Positions 9,119-18,130 of a DNA stretch of 64,000 bases are shown piece by piece. Where the stretch lies: NCBI GenBank assembly GCA_902511575.1, contig CABXFU010000002.1, positions 15,448 through 79,447 of the forward strand, written 5' to 3'. Under the pieces are notes generated by a model, which was not told the origin of the DNA, ran no database searches, and worked only from the letters and a program-made list of their open reading frames with translations. Source of the stretch: an uncultured SAR86 cluster bacterium. GTDB lineage: Bacteria > Pseudomonadota > Gammaproteobacteria > Magnimaribacterales > D2472. Both the position numbers and the translations under genes were made by a program. Within the stretch, counting starts at the first letter, position 1. Every line of letters begins with the position of its first letter.

Positions 9119-9458
9119 CTGCACATACAATTTTATTAAATCCTTTAATCTTGCATTAGTCTTTTTTCTTGTTGGTTGCTCAACCCCGCAACTTATAAGT
9201 AAAATTGAATCAAAGTCTAATCCTAGTCTTTGCTACAGCTTGATTTATAAGCAACAATCTGTTTCGAATAGCTATTTTAAGTTATTACTAGAGGAGGCCT
9301 TGAGGAGAGATTTGGATTGTAAATTAATTGCACAAGAAATCTTAGATTTCAAAAGCACCTTAACTGGTTCTTCTATGTCTAACTCTGTTTCTTCTGAATC
9401 AGCGTCAAGCCCACCAACTGAAATAGTTCATCCCGGTACAGGCCAAACCCCAAGATAA
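9096..9458 (+). CDS. small lipoprotein (hypothetical)
   Basis: Lipobox FFLVGC-S, Ser-rich C-terminus. The start is uncertain: TTG 9096 overlaps the HD gene, and ATT 9135 would give MKSFNLALVFFLVGC. Confidence 0.5.
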   Translation: MQPLILYSCTYNFIKSFNLALVFFLVGCSTPQLISKIESKSNPSLCYSLIYKQQSVSNSYFKLLLEEALRRDLDCKLIAQEILDFKSTLTGSSMSNSVSSESASSPPTEIVHPGTGQTPR

Positions 9459-9523
9459 TACAGTTTTTATTTATACGTTTTATTTACTTTGCAGTAAAAC
9501 TAATATTCATGTAGTTTATGTGT

Positions 9524-9533
9524 AACTGCAGTT
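9524..9533. repeat. 10-bp palindrome AACTGCAGTT, with AACTGCA repeated 12 nt downstream, upstream of the TonB-dependent receptor
   Basis: Read directly. AACTGCA occurs at 9524-9530 and 9536-9542. A second inverted repeat, TTTACT-ttgc-AGTAAA, lies at 9483-9498. Confidence 0.4.
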
Positions 9534-9576
9534 TCAACTGCAAATTTTAATAGAATTAAAATCAAGGGGAATTTTA

Positions 9577-12201
9577 ATGAATAAGTATAAATCTAGATGG
9601 TTTGTTGCATTTTTATGCACAACTTTCTTTTCGCTAGAATCATTTGGACAAGATGTAGAAGAGGTTGTTATTACTGGATCCTATCTTAAGGGAAGCCCAA
9701 CCGATGGTGCTTCACCAATTGAAGTTGTTGATAGAGAAACAATTGAAGATATTGGAGCCACATCTATTGCTGATATTACTAGAAATTTATCGGTTAACTC
9801 TGGATCGGAAAATAATTCTGATTCATTTACTCAAGGTGCCACACAAGGAACATCTAATGTAAATTTAAGAGGACTAGGTCTCTCTTCAACGTTAATATTA
9901 GTTGATGGCCGAAGACATACATTGACCGGGGCAACTGCGAATGACGGAAGTGCTTTTGTTAATACTAATGCCATACCAGTTGTGGCGCTAGAAAGAGTGG
10001 AGGTTCTAAAAGAGGGCGCTGCTTCAATTTACGGCTCCGATGCTGTTGCAGGGGTTGTGAACTATATTTTTAGAAGGGACTTTACTGGAACTGAGATAGA
10101 GGTCTCCAGCCAAGAGGCTGATATTAGTGGTCAGACTGATGATAGAGTTAGTCTAATTTGGGGTGCAAAAAATGGAAATTCAAACTTTGTTTTAGCCGCT
10201 AGCGTCCTTGATAGATCACCAATGTCTGGAGCTGATTTTAATCCAAGTTTGGCTCAGCTCGGAATAAGTGGACTAGGCACAAGTTTTTTACTATTTGGGC
10301 CTGATACAGTCGACTCAGGACCTTACGCTGGTACCTACACGCCTTTTCAAAATGTTCCTGATCCTAGTTGCGTTGCCAACCAAGGTATTCTAATTCCACA
10401 GGCAAGTGGTTCAAGATGTGGTTTTGTTTACGGCCCAAGATTTAACGTGGTTAATGATGAAGATCATGAGAGCATGTATGGATCTTTTAAATCATTGCTT
10501 GGAAATGGTAATTCTTTAGAAATTGATTACATGAGCACAGCGATTGATGTAAATGATAACCCTCAATCACCTTCTTATCCGGCTTTATCTTATTTAAGCC
10601 CAGCTAATTTAATTATGCCTGGTACTGGCGGCAGTCCGTTTGCTGTTCCTGTTATGTGGTTAGGACGAGCGCTAGGCTCTGCATTTCCTTCTCCAAATGC
10701 ACCAAGAGAAATTGAAACAGATAGATTTTCCATTGGATTATCTGGTGATTTTGATAATGGTTTTGATTGGGATGCACATTACACCATAAGTAGTGAGGAT
10801 TTTTATGGTGAACAACCTGATACAAGCACTTCTAAGTTTAGTGCTGCAATTAAAGGCAATGGAGGCAATTCTGGAGATCAAACTTGGGATTTATTCACTC
10901 CAACAAATAACTCTGCTGATTTAATTAAGTGGATATCTACTGCTCAACAAACATGGACAGAAACAGAATTAGCTGTATTTGATTTTGTTGTAACTGGTCA
11001 ATGGGGTGGAATGGATATCGCTTCAGGTTTTCAATACAGGGATGAAACATTTAATGTTGCTCGAGGAGCATCATCCATTGCTCAATTTGATGCATCTGGA
11101 AACATAACAGTGCCAGCTGATTTATTATTTTTAGGTGGTGGTCTTGAAAGTAATGCTAGCAGAGATGCCATGGCTGTTTTCATTGAGGGATCAATGAATC
11201 CATCCGATAAATTAGAAGTAAATGGTGCTTTAAGATATGAGGATTTAGAAACAGATAGTTCCATTAATCCAAAAATATCATTTAGGTATCAAGCAACTGA
11301 TAATCTTGCATTGAGAGCTTCATTTAGCACCTCTTTTAGAGAAGCTTCACTTGCTCAATTAACTTCAACTACTATAGGATTGCAAGGTATTCAAGATTAT
11401 AGCGCTGATGGTTCTCCAGTCGGCGGCACAACATTTATAAGAATTGCTCAGGCAAATAATCCAAATTTAAACCCTGAAGAATCGGATAACATGAATATTG
11501 GTGCTATGTGGAAACCTACAGATCGACTGTCCATGAAATTAGACTACTGGGCTATTGATTACACCGATGTTATTACTATTGAAAGTGCCCAAGGAAAAGT
11601 TGCAGCCAATCCAAATGACCCTGATGTGAAAAGAACGTCCACTGGAACTTTGACTGGCGTTACAACTAAGTACTTTAATGCTGCAAATGTTAATACCAGC
11701 GGATTAGATTTTGAATCAACATATGATTTTGATACTGCTTGGGGGCAAGCGCAAGTTGGCGTCAATATGATGCATATGTTTGAGTATGAAATACCTTTAA
11801 ACGGATCAACTGTGGATGTTGTGGGTCAGTTCAATCATGATAATTTCGCTAGATCTTTGCCTGAAACTAAAGCTGTTTTTCATGCTGCTTTAGAAAGTGG
11901 AAATAATTCTTTGGCTATGTTTGGAAGATACACAACAGACTATAAGACAACGAGACCATTGGATGCTACGGCAAAATCTAGAGGCTTTAGTCAGAAAATT
12001 GATTCATTCTTTACAGTGGATTTAATGAATTCATACACCATAGAGATGAATGATAGTGATCTTAAATTATCTGTAGGGGTTACCAACCTTTTTGATGAGG
12101 AAGTTCCTCAAGTCTACGATGCTGCAAACTGGAGTTATGATCCTAAGCATCATGATCCTCGCGGTCGCATGGTTTATGTTGGATTCAAGTTAAGCAGGTA
12201 A
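9577..12201 (+). CDS. TonB-dependent outer-membrane receptor
   Basis: Signal peptide, plug domain (DVEEVVITGSYLKGS...VEVLKEGAASIYGSDAVAGVVNYI), 874-aa beta-barrel with an aromatic-rich C-terminus. AAGGGG sits upstream of the ATG. Confidence 0.92.
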   Translation: MNKYKSRWFVAFLCTTFFSLESFGQDVEEVVITGSYLKGSPTDGASPIEVVDRETIEDIGATSIADITRNLSVNSGSENNSDSFTQGATQGTSNVNLRGLGLSSTLILVDGRRHTLTGATANDGSAFVNTNAIPVVALERVEVLKEGAASIYGSDAVAGVVNYIFRRDFTGTEIEVSSQEADISGQTDDRVSLIWGAKNGNSNFVLAASVLDRSPMSGADFNPSLAQLGISGLGTSFLLFGPDTVDSGPYAGTYTPFQNVPDPSCVANQGILIPQASGSRCGFVYGPRFNVVNDEDHESMYGSFKSLLGNGNSLEIDYMSTAIDVNDNPQSPSYPALSYLSPANLIMPGTGGSPFAVPVMWLGRALGSAFPSPNAPREIETDRFSIGLSGDFDNGFDWDAHYTISSEDFYGEQPDTSTSKFSAAIKGNGGNSGDQTWDLFTPTNNSADLIKWISTAQQTWTETELAVFDFVVTGQWGGMDIASGFQYRDETFNVARGASSIAQFDASGNITVPADLLFLGGGLESNASRDAMAVFIEGSMNPSDKLEVNGALRYEDLETDSSINPKISFRYQATDNLALRASFSTSFREASLAQLTSTTIGLQGIQDYSADGSPVGGTTFIRIAQANNPNLNPEESDNMNIGAMWKPTDRLSMKLDYWAIDYTDVITIESAQGKVAANPNDPDVKRTSTGTLTGVTTKYFNAANVNTSGLDFESTYDFDTAWGQAQVGVNMMHMFEYEIPLNGSTVDVVGQFNHDNFARSLPETKAVFHAALESGNNSLAMFGRYTTDYKTTRPLDATAKSRGFSQKIDSFFTVDLMNSYTIEMNDSDLKLSVGVTNLFDEEVPQVYDAANWSYDPKHHDPRGRMVYVGFKLSR

Positions 12202-12211
12202 AAGAATCTAT

Positions 12212-12247
12212 AAAAGCGCAATATCAGAAATGGTATTGCGTTTTTTT
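12212..12247. terminator. bidirectional rho-independent terminator between convergent genes
   Basis: AAAA-G-CGCAATA (12217-12223), 10-nt loop, TATTGCG (12234-12240), TTTTTTT (12241-12247). The A-tract on the other side serves the minus strand. Confidence 0.7.
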
Positions 12248-12274
12248 ATGTCAAATTTAAATCTTTGAATTAAT

Positions 12275-13417
12275 TTATAAAATTTCAGATTCTAATGGTT
12301 TGAGTTCTTGGTTTGAAATCGGTATCGCTTTTCTAACTTTGTTCGCACTATCAATTAAACAAACCTCAGAAGATGCAAGAGGCCCAGATTTAAACTTATT
12401 TGTATTCATTCCTTCTTGCACTAAATTTATTAAATATGTGTCTTCGTTATTAACTTGTCTATTAATTCTCCAATTTAGATATTGAGCTGCTTTAGTTTCT
12501 CGGCGCTCATCTGGAAGAGCATAGGCTATCTCTCGTATCATTGTAGTGTTTGTGTCTATTGGAATGAATTGCATGAAATCCATTTGTTCTGGATAAATAT
12601 CAAAGGCAAGATTTGGCCATAATCTGTAATAGAGCCAATACCTCTGCTTATCATCTGGCAGATGGTCCATATGTGGCAAGTATTTGTCATACAGTCTATT
12701 AGATATGCAATCTTTACGAATATTAGCTCCATCTCCCCACATTTTATGCACATAACCATTATTTTTAGATACTTCAACGCCATAGCTTTTACCCACTAAG
12801 CTTGATAGTCCGGGATGAGCTACAGGTATATGCAGGGCATCGACATAATTATCAGCAATTTGCTTCCAATTAACCTTCCTTGGTCTCATCGTTACTCGAC
12901 CCAAAGGCTCTAATTCTTCAAGTCTATATTGCTCGATTTCGTTAAGATATGGCTTAAATTGATCTTGAACGCTTGGAGCATCAGATTCCAATAATTTAAC
13001 AAAAATAAACCCCTGAAAAATTTCCAATTCAACACTTTGCAGCCCATGCTCATTTTTATTAAGATCATTGAATTGATTTTCATAAGGAACCTTGATCAGA
13101 TTTCCTTTAAAATCATATCCCCATGCATGATATGGGCAAGTTATTTTTCCATTGCAAGATCCATAAAGCTCATTAATTAATTTAGTGCCTCGATGAGAGC
13201 AAAAATTATGAAATGCTTTAACACTTGAATCCTCATCTCTAATCACAAAAATACGTTCATTAAAAATCTCAAATGTAAAAAAATCTCCTGCTTTGGGTAT
13301 ATTTGAAAGATGACACACCAGTTGCCAATTCTTAAGAATTAATTCAGTTTTTTCTAATTCAAAAAATGCTTCGCTTGTGTATGTCCAGCCTGGTAGACTT
13401 TTGTTTAGAGCACTCAT
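12275..13417 (-). CDS. Rieske [2Fe-2S] non-haem-iron oxygenase, alpha-subunit type
   Basis: CSHRGTKL...CPYHAWGY (CxH/CxxH Rieske motif) and mononuclear Fe motif DNYVDALHIPVAH. Length is 380 aa. Confidence 0.85.
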   Translation of the reverse strand: MSALNKSLPGWTYTSEAFFELEKTELILKNWQLVCHLSNIPKAGDFFTFEIFNERIFVIRDEDSSVKAFHNFCSHRGTKLINELYGSCNGKITCPYHAWGYDFKGNLIKVPYENQFNDLNKNEHGLQSVELEIFQGFIFVKLLESDAPSVQDQFKPYLNEIEQYRLEELEPLGRVTMRPRKVNWKQIADNYVDALHIPVAHPGLSSLVGKSYGVEVSKNNGYVHKMWGDGANIRKDCISNRLYDKYLPHMDHLPDDKQRYWLYYRLWPNLAFDIYPEQMDFMQFIPIDTNTTMIREIAYALPDERRETKAAQYLNWRINRQVNNEDTYLINLVQEGMNTNKFKSGPLASSEVCLIDSANKVRKAIPISNQELKPLESEIL

Positions 13418-14283
13418 TTATTTCTCTCTAACGGCCTAGTCAGGCATGTTGGCCCACCTTCACCTTTTCGACTAATTTCCATCCCCTTATACATCCTAAT
13501 TTTACATCCTGCTTTTTCAAGTTCAGATTGAACACCTGGTAACTGCTCAAGCATAATAATTGATCTTGGTGAAGTTGCCAAAACATTGCATCCCATCAAT
13601 ACGTATTCTGCATCTGATACTTCAACAAACTTTATACCCAGTGCATCAAGCCAGTTAATAAATGATTCTGGCATGAATGGTCTATAAATAAGAGCTAAAT
13701 CCTTGTCTAACGGTGAAATTATTGACATTAAATGCAGAACATCATCGGGATGATTAGGTTCTGGCAGATCCACAATGTGCAATTCAACTGAAGGTCCTAA
13801 TATTTCATTTAACTGACGGATCCCTTCAGTATTAGTTCTTGGCCCAAGACCAACCGCAGCATGATGATCATCAAGCCAGATAAAATCACCTCCTTCGAGT
13901 GTTCCCGGTGCTTTTATTTGACCTGCTACTTTATATCCCATGGAGGCAAGGGTATTAAAATTTTCCATAGCCTCAGGTGTTCTAGAAGATCTTCCCATAT
14001 TGCAAAGTATCAATCCTTCTTTTGATATTAAAATACTATCTCTTGTATAAATACTATCAATGGTTAGCAATTTGGAGGAGGGCAAGTCTATGATTGATAT
14101 CCCATCATCTTGAAGCAAGCTTCTGAAATAGTTGTATTCGATTATTGCCTCATTTAAATCAGGTTTTGAGTGAAACCGTAAGGACTCCCATTCACTTGAA
14201 AGTTTAGTGTCATCAATAAAGCTAGAGAGTGGTGATCTTAATGCAACTTCTTTTATCTGAGAATATTCATTCAATACATTCAT
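13414..14283 (-). CDS. guanidino-group-modifying enzyme fold protein (DDAH / arginine deiminase / amidinotransferase family)
   Basis: EGGDFIW, GLGPRTN, HLMSI, C-terminal nucleophile GGPTCLT. ATG 14283 was chosen (4 nt after the permease stop); ATG 14319 is the longer alternative. Confidence 0.8.
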   Translation of the reverse strand: MNVLNEYSQIKEVALRSPLSSFIDDTKLSSEWESLRFHSKPDLNEAIIEYNYFRSLLQDDGISIIDLPSSKLLTIDSIYTRDSILISKEGLILCNMGRSSRTPEAMENFNTLASMGYKVAGQIKAPGTLEGGDFIWLDDHHAAVGLGPRTNTEGIRQLNEILGPSVELHIVDLPEPNHPDDVLHLMSIISPLDKDLALIYRPFMPESFINWLDALGIKFVEVSDAEYVLMGCNVLATSPRSIIMLEQLPGVQSELEKAGCKIRMYKGMEISRKGEGGPTCLTRPLERNK

Positions 14284-14287
14284 GATA

Positions 14288-15574
14288 TTACTTTTTGAGT
14301 AAGTAAATTGGCGTCCCAATTAAAATTAAGATAAGAGAATAAATTATCATTTCAATTCCAGCCCCCCAAATTGCAAAAAATGCATATAAAAATGTCCCAC
14401 ATGATAACAAAAGAGCGTTGTTTCTTGTTTGATTTTTTTTCTCAACTTGTGCAAATTTAAATTCAGCTATTGCGCAGAATGCGTAGGCAATTAAAGTTGA
14501 TAGTGTGGATAGCATCGCCATAAATACAAATGCATTCACAATACCCTTCGTATAATTTAATACCAGCAAAATACTTACAAAAACTCCTGTTAGTAAATAT
14601 GTAAAAACAGGAGTTCCTTTTGAAGTTAACAATATAAATCTTCTTGGAAGCAATCCATCTCTTGCCGCTGCAAGACTAAGATTGCCTGCAGTTAGTGTAT
14701 TCGCATTCAATGAACCTAGTGTAGATATCAAGGCTCCTATACTGATGATGGTACCCCCGGTGACACCTAAAATTTTTGTAGCTGCTAATGCAAATGGAGC
14801 AGGGGAGTCGATCAATTCACTTGCTGGCACAATAGCTGCGATTGCAATACTTACCAAAATATACAAAATCAGAATTGTAAAAACTGAAGCAATTAAAACT
14901 CTCGGTATTGTTTCCTGAGGATTGATTACATTATCTGCTGGGACCGTTGCGGTCTCAATACCAATAAATGACCACATTACTAGGGTTGTAACTGTTGCAA
15001 GCAATGAAAATGGATGAAGATCAGTTGGATTGAGCTCTGATAAATTATCAATATTGAAGTTAGCTGCACCAAGAAAAATAATAAATATGAGTGGCAACAA
15101 CTTTAATAGGGTGGAGACTAGTTGAAATTTAGAACTATTTTCTAAACTTCGTATATTTAGAATAATAATAATCCAAATAAGAATTAGTGATGCAAGCAAA
15201 GAATGAATTGGTGAGTTTGATATTGTGGGAGCAAAAAAACCTAGATAACCAACAAATGCAATTGATATTCCGGCTATTGCTGATATGCATGCAACCCAAT
15301 ATGTCCAAGCAATTATAAAACCTGGAAAGCTTCCAAGCCCCTCATTGACATAAACATAAGGCCCGCCAGTTTTGGGAATCCTTTTTACGAGTTTTGCCAT
15401 CGTTAAAGCCACCAGGATTGACCCGCCACCAGCTATTAGCCAGCCACCTAACCCGAGCATTCCATATGGTGCTAATAATGTTGGCATCATAAAAATACCT
15501 GAGCCTATTGCACACCCAACAGCAATAGACCACCCTCGCCAAAAACCGATAACCCTGTTTTGTTTAGAACTCAT
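14288..15574 (-). CDS. APC-superfamily amino-acid permease
   Basis: 428 aa, about 12 hydrophobic segments, N-terminal GFWRGWSIAVGCAIGSGIF typical of amino acid/polyamine permeases. Confidence 0.88.
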   Translation of the reverse strand: MSSKQNRVIGFWRGWSIAVGCAIGSGIFMMPTLLAPYGMLGLGGWLIAGGGSILVALTMAKLVKRIPKTGGPYVYVNEGLGSFPGFIIAWTYWVACISAIAGISIAFVGYLGFFAPTISNSPIHSLLASLILIWIIIILNIRSLENSSKFQLVSTLLKLLPLIFIIFLGAANFNIDNLSELNPTDLHPFSLLATVTTLVMWSFIGIETATVPADNVINPQETIPRVLIASVFTILILYILVSIAIAAIVPASELIDSPAPFALAATKILGVTGGTIISIGALISTLGSLNANTLTAGNLSLAAARDGLLPRRFILLTSKGTPVFTYLLTGVFVSILLVLNYTKGIVNAFVFMAMLSTLSTLIAYAFCAIAEFKFAQVEKKNQTRNNALLLSCGTFLYAFFAIWGAGIEMIIYSLILILIGTPIYLLKK

Positions 15575-15597
15575 CTAAAGATGATACACCTAATACA

Positions 15598-15655
15598 TAG
15601 GGTTTTTTAAACCACAAGATTCTCAATTAAAAGACCTCGCTGTAAAAAAACCCTA
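15598..15655. repeat. 11-bp inverted repeat TAGGGTTTTTT / AAAAAACCCTA with a 36-nt spacer, in the leader of the permease operon
   Basis: Arms at 15598-15608 and 15645-15655, read directly. Lies in the 92-nt gap upstream (minus strand) of permease start 15574. Confidence 0.45.
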
Positions 15656-15666
15656 GACTAAATTTT

Positions 15667-16263
15667 TTAGTATTTTCGTGCCATAGCGATTGCTGCTATA
15701 TACAAGATAGGAGAAATAATTAACCAAGGTAATTGTGTTTGAAGCATGACACTTCTTTCATTAAATTCAAATAGTAGAGGGTTAAAGAATTGCCCGGTTG
15801 GAGCCAAAGGGGCCCATGAGAGTGACTTACCTTCAGATAACTGATCATGATACAAAAAAAGCTCTACAAAAATATTCTGCGTTATACACCATATAAATAA
15901 AATGCTAAATGCAGACCAGTTCCATGCCTGAAAAACCTGATTATTTTTTCCGCTGAATTTCCACATCAGCCACAAACCACCCAGTGAGATTGTTCCAGCA
16001 TCTGCCATTGAGTTTAAAAGCCAGTTAATATGAAGAGGAATCCATTGATTTAAAGCCTCCGATCTTCTTATATTCACCGGATCTCCATCAATCCACCCAT
16101 AGGTAAACCAAAGCTCCCAACCTAATGAGCACAAAAGAAAAGATCCTATGTAAATTGATGGTACCCAGAGCGGGATTCTATCTTTTTTATAAAAATAAAT
16201 AATTAGAGGAGCAAGGGCACTAACATAAACAATTGTTATTACTCTTAACTCCTCTAACGTCAT
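15667..16263 (-). CDS. Trp-rich integral membrane protein, unknown function
   Basis: 198 aa with 5-6 hydrophobic segments. No family recognised. Confidence 0.6.
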   Translation of the reverse strand: MTLEELRVITIVYVSALAPLIIYFYKKDRIPLWVPSIYIGSFLLCSLGWELWFTYGWIDGDPVNIRRSEALNQWIPLHINWLLNSMADAGTISLGGLWLMWKFSGKNNQVFQAWNWSAFSILFIWCITQNIFVELFLYHDQLSEGKSLSWAPLAPTGQFFNPLLFEFNERSVMLQTQLPWLIISPILYIAAIAMARKY

Positions 16264-16266
16264 TTT

Positions 16267-16482
16267 TTATAATGGGCGTCTTAAATATATTTGACTCGCC
16301 CCATCTTGAGTGACTAATTCCCAGCCTTCTTGACCAAGCTTATTTAATTCAATCCTAGACATTTCATATTTCCAATGGACTGCATCCTTGTATTCAATTT
16401 TGAATGCTTCTGTCTCTTCATTTGAATAACCCATTGAAGTTGAATTGCTGTGATCAACAATTTTATATTCCCATTTAGTCAT
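16267..16482 (-). CDS. DUF4177-like small protein
   Basis: MTKWEYKIV...LNKLGQEGWELV pattern. AGGAG lies 7 nt upstream of ATG 16482; the track start 16506 is probably too long. Confidence 0.65.
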   Translation of the reverse strand: MTKWEYKIVDHSNSTSMGYSNEETEAFKIEYKDAVHWKYEMSRIELNKLGQEGWELVTQDGASQIYLRRPL

Positions 16483-16665
16483 TTTCCATCTCCTGCCGGT
16501 TGGCAATAAGATGCGTTCCTTCAGTATTATTACTTACTTCCGTCCCAAGAAAAGGATGAACGATATAGTTATTAAACAAATATCAATCATCTATGTCAAT
16601 CTAGACTTATCAGAGTATCGTTTACTTATTTGTAAAAGGCTATAAAATGCCTTACCTATAGGAAC

Positions 16666-16755
16666 GGAGAGATGGCAGAGCGGTTGAATGCACTGGTCTT
16701 GAAAACCAGCAAACCTTCGCGGGTTTCCAGGGTTCGAATCCCTGTCTCTCCGCCA
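16666..16755 (+). tRNA. tRNA-Ser (anticodon UGA)
   Basis: Folded by hand: acceptor GGAGAGA/TCTCTCC, D arm GCA-GAGCGGTTGAA-TGC, anticodon stem CTGGT/ACCAG with loop CTTGAAA, long variable arm (AAACC..GGTTT), T arm CAGGG-TTCGAAT-CCCTG, discriminator G, encoded CCA. Confidence 0.95.
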
Positions 16756-16758
16756 GTT

Positions 16759-18081
16759 TTAGTTACTCAAACTAGAATATAACAAGGTCTTTAACTCTTC
16801 TCGCAATGGATATTTATCTGAAGGCATGTATTGGGTCATCATAGTGGCAGTAACATTATTTTTTCTATCAACCCAAAAAATTGTACTTGCAGCTCCTCCC
16901 CAAAAAAATTCTCCTTTAACAGAATAAGTGCCAGCTAATCCAGGATCCATAATCGTGCCTACTGTTAACCCCATGCCAACACCTTTTAATCCAAATGCAG
17001 CTCCATCAGACAGAATCGCATCTGATAGATGGTTCTTTGCCATTAATTCTACAGAGGCCTTACTAAGAATCCTCACACCATTTAAGACACCTCCATTCAA
17101 AAGCATCTCTGCAAATTTACTATAGTCATCAATGTTCGAGACCAAACCGGATCCTCCATCAAACAATTGTGACAAGTTAGTTAGATATGGAGATTGATCG
17201 AATGTATCAATTGCTCTGAGTTCTTTAGAAAACATTAATTCAGCTTGATTTAATCCAGATGGAGCCACAACCTCACCATCTCTAGAGAATGCTCCTGAAG
17301 TATAAAGAGTCGTAAATGAATCTTTATCATTTGGATTCACTGAAAAGCCTATACTTTTAAGATTTAGCGGGTCAAAAATATTTTTTTGTAAATACTCAGC
17401 AAATGTCATTTTAGAAACCACTTCTACAATACAACCCAAGATATCCATATTAATTCCATATGACCACTTTTCACCAGGATTATGGAGCAGAGGGGCAGCA
17501 GCCGCAGCAGCAGCAAATTGACAGGTATTACCGGGAAATTTATTTAACTCTGCGTCAAGAGCACCAAAATAATATGGACGAATATTGTATTTTCGATATA
17601 TTTGATTGACTGGTCCTTCGCCAGCCCAGCTATAAGTTAGTCCGCTCGTATGAGTCAATAGATCTCTAATCGTAATCTCTCTTTTTGGTTTTACGACATA
17701 GTCCTGAAAGTCAAGATTGATAACTTTTGTATTTTTAAATGCTGGAATGTATTGAGAAACTTTGTCATTCAGTCTTAACTGTCCATTTTCAATGAGCTGC
17801 ATAATTGCAACACCAGTGACAGGTTTTGTCATGGAGTAGATTCTATAAACAGTTTTTTGATCTACATTTATTTGCTGATCAATATCAGCATATCCATATG
17901 CATGGCGATATATTTCTTTATTATTTTTTTTAATAAGTATGGAAAGATTTGGGAGATTTCCATTATCAACATATGCATTGAAATGATTTGTTATTTTTTC
18001 CTTATCATCTATATCTAATATGCTTGCATTGATTTGAAATGAAATTAGTAAAAATACTAATAATGATATAAAGATTCTCAT
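16759..18081 (-). CDS. secreted serine hydrolase of the beta-lactamase (class C / esterase EstB-like) family
   Basis: Signal peptide, S-x-x-K motif YSMTKPVTG. Length is 440 aa. Confidence 0.85.
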   Translation of the reverse strand: MRIFISLLVFLLISFQINASILDIDDKEKITNHFNAYVDNGNLPNLSILIKKNNKEIYRHAYGYADIDQQINVDQKTVYRIYSMTKPVTGVAIMQLIENGQLRLNDKVSQYIPAFKNTKVINLDFQDYVVKPKREITIRDLLTHTSGLTYSWAGEGPVNQIYRKYNIRPYYFGALDAELNKFPGNTCQFAAAAAAAPLLHNPGEKWSYGINMDILGCIVEVVSKMTFAEYLQKNIFDPLNLKSIGFSVNPNDKDSFTTLYTSGAFSRDGEVVAPSGLNQAELMFSKELRAIDTFDQSPYLTNLSQLFDGGSGLVSNIDDYSKFAEMLLNGGVLNGVRILSKASVELMAKNHLSDAILSDGAAFGLKGVGMGLTVGTIMDPGLAGTYSVKGEFFWGGAASTIFWVDRKNNVTATMMTQYMPSDKYPLREELKTLLYSSLSN

Positions 18082-18130
18082 AAATTTACCCTATAATTTA
18101 TTTCAACCATTCTATTACACAAACCAAGCA

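Noticed and set aside
8699-9130. 143-aa minus-strand ORF opposite the HD-domain gene (also 8871..9083 +)
   Set aside because: The HD gene on the plus strand has a clear metal-ligand motif. The antisense frame is Cys/Ile-rich with no motif.
9459-9576. Possible riboswitch (cobalamin or TPP) upstream of the TonB-dependent receptor
   Set aside because: The spacer is only 118 nt and very AT-rich. It has no B12-box-like or TPP-like conserved GC-rich core.
16507-16758. tRNA-Ser as the integration site of a genomic island
   Set aside because: There is no integrase and no direct repeat of the tRNA 3' end nearby. Flanking genes have the same composition and compaction as the rest of the window.
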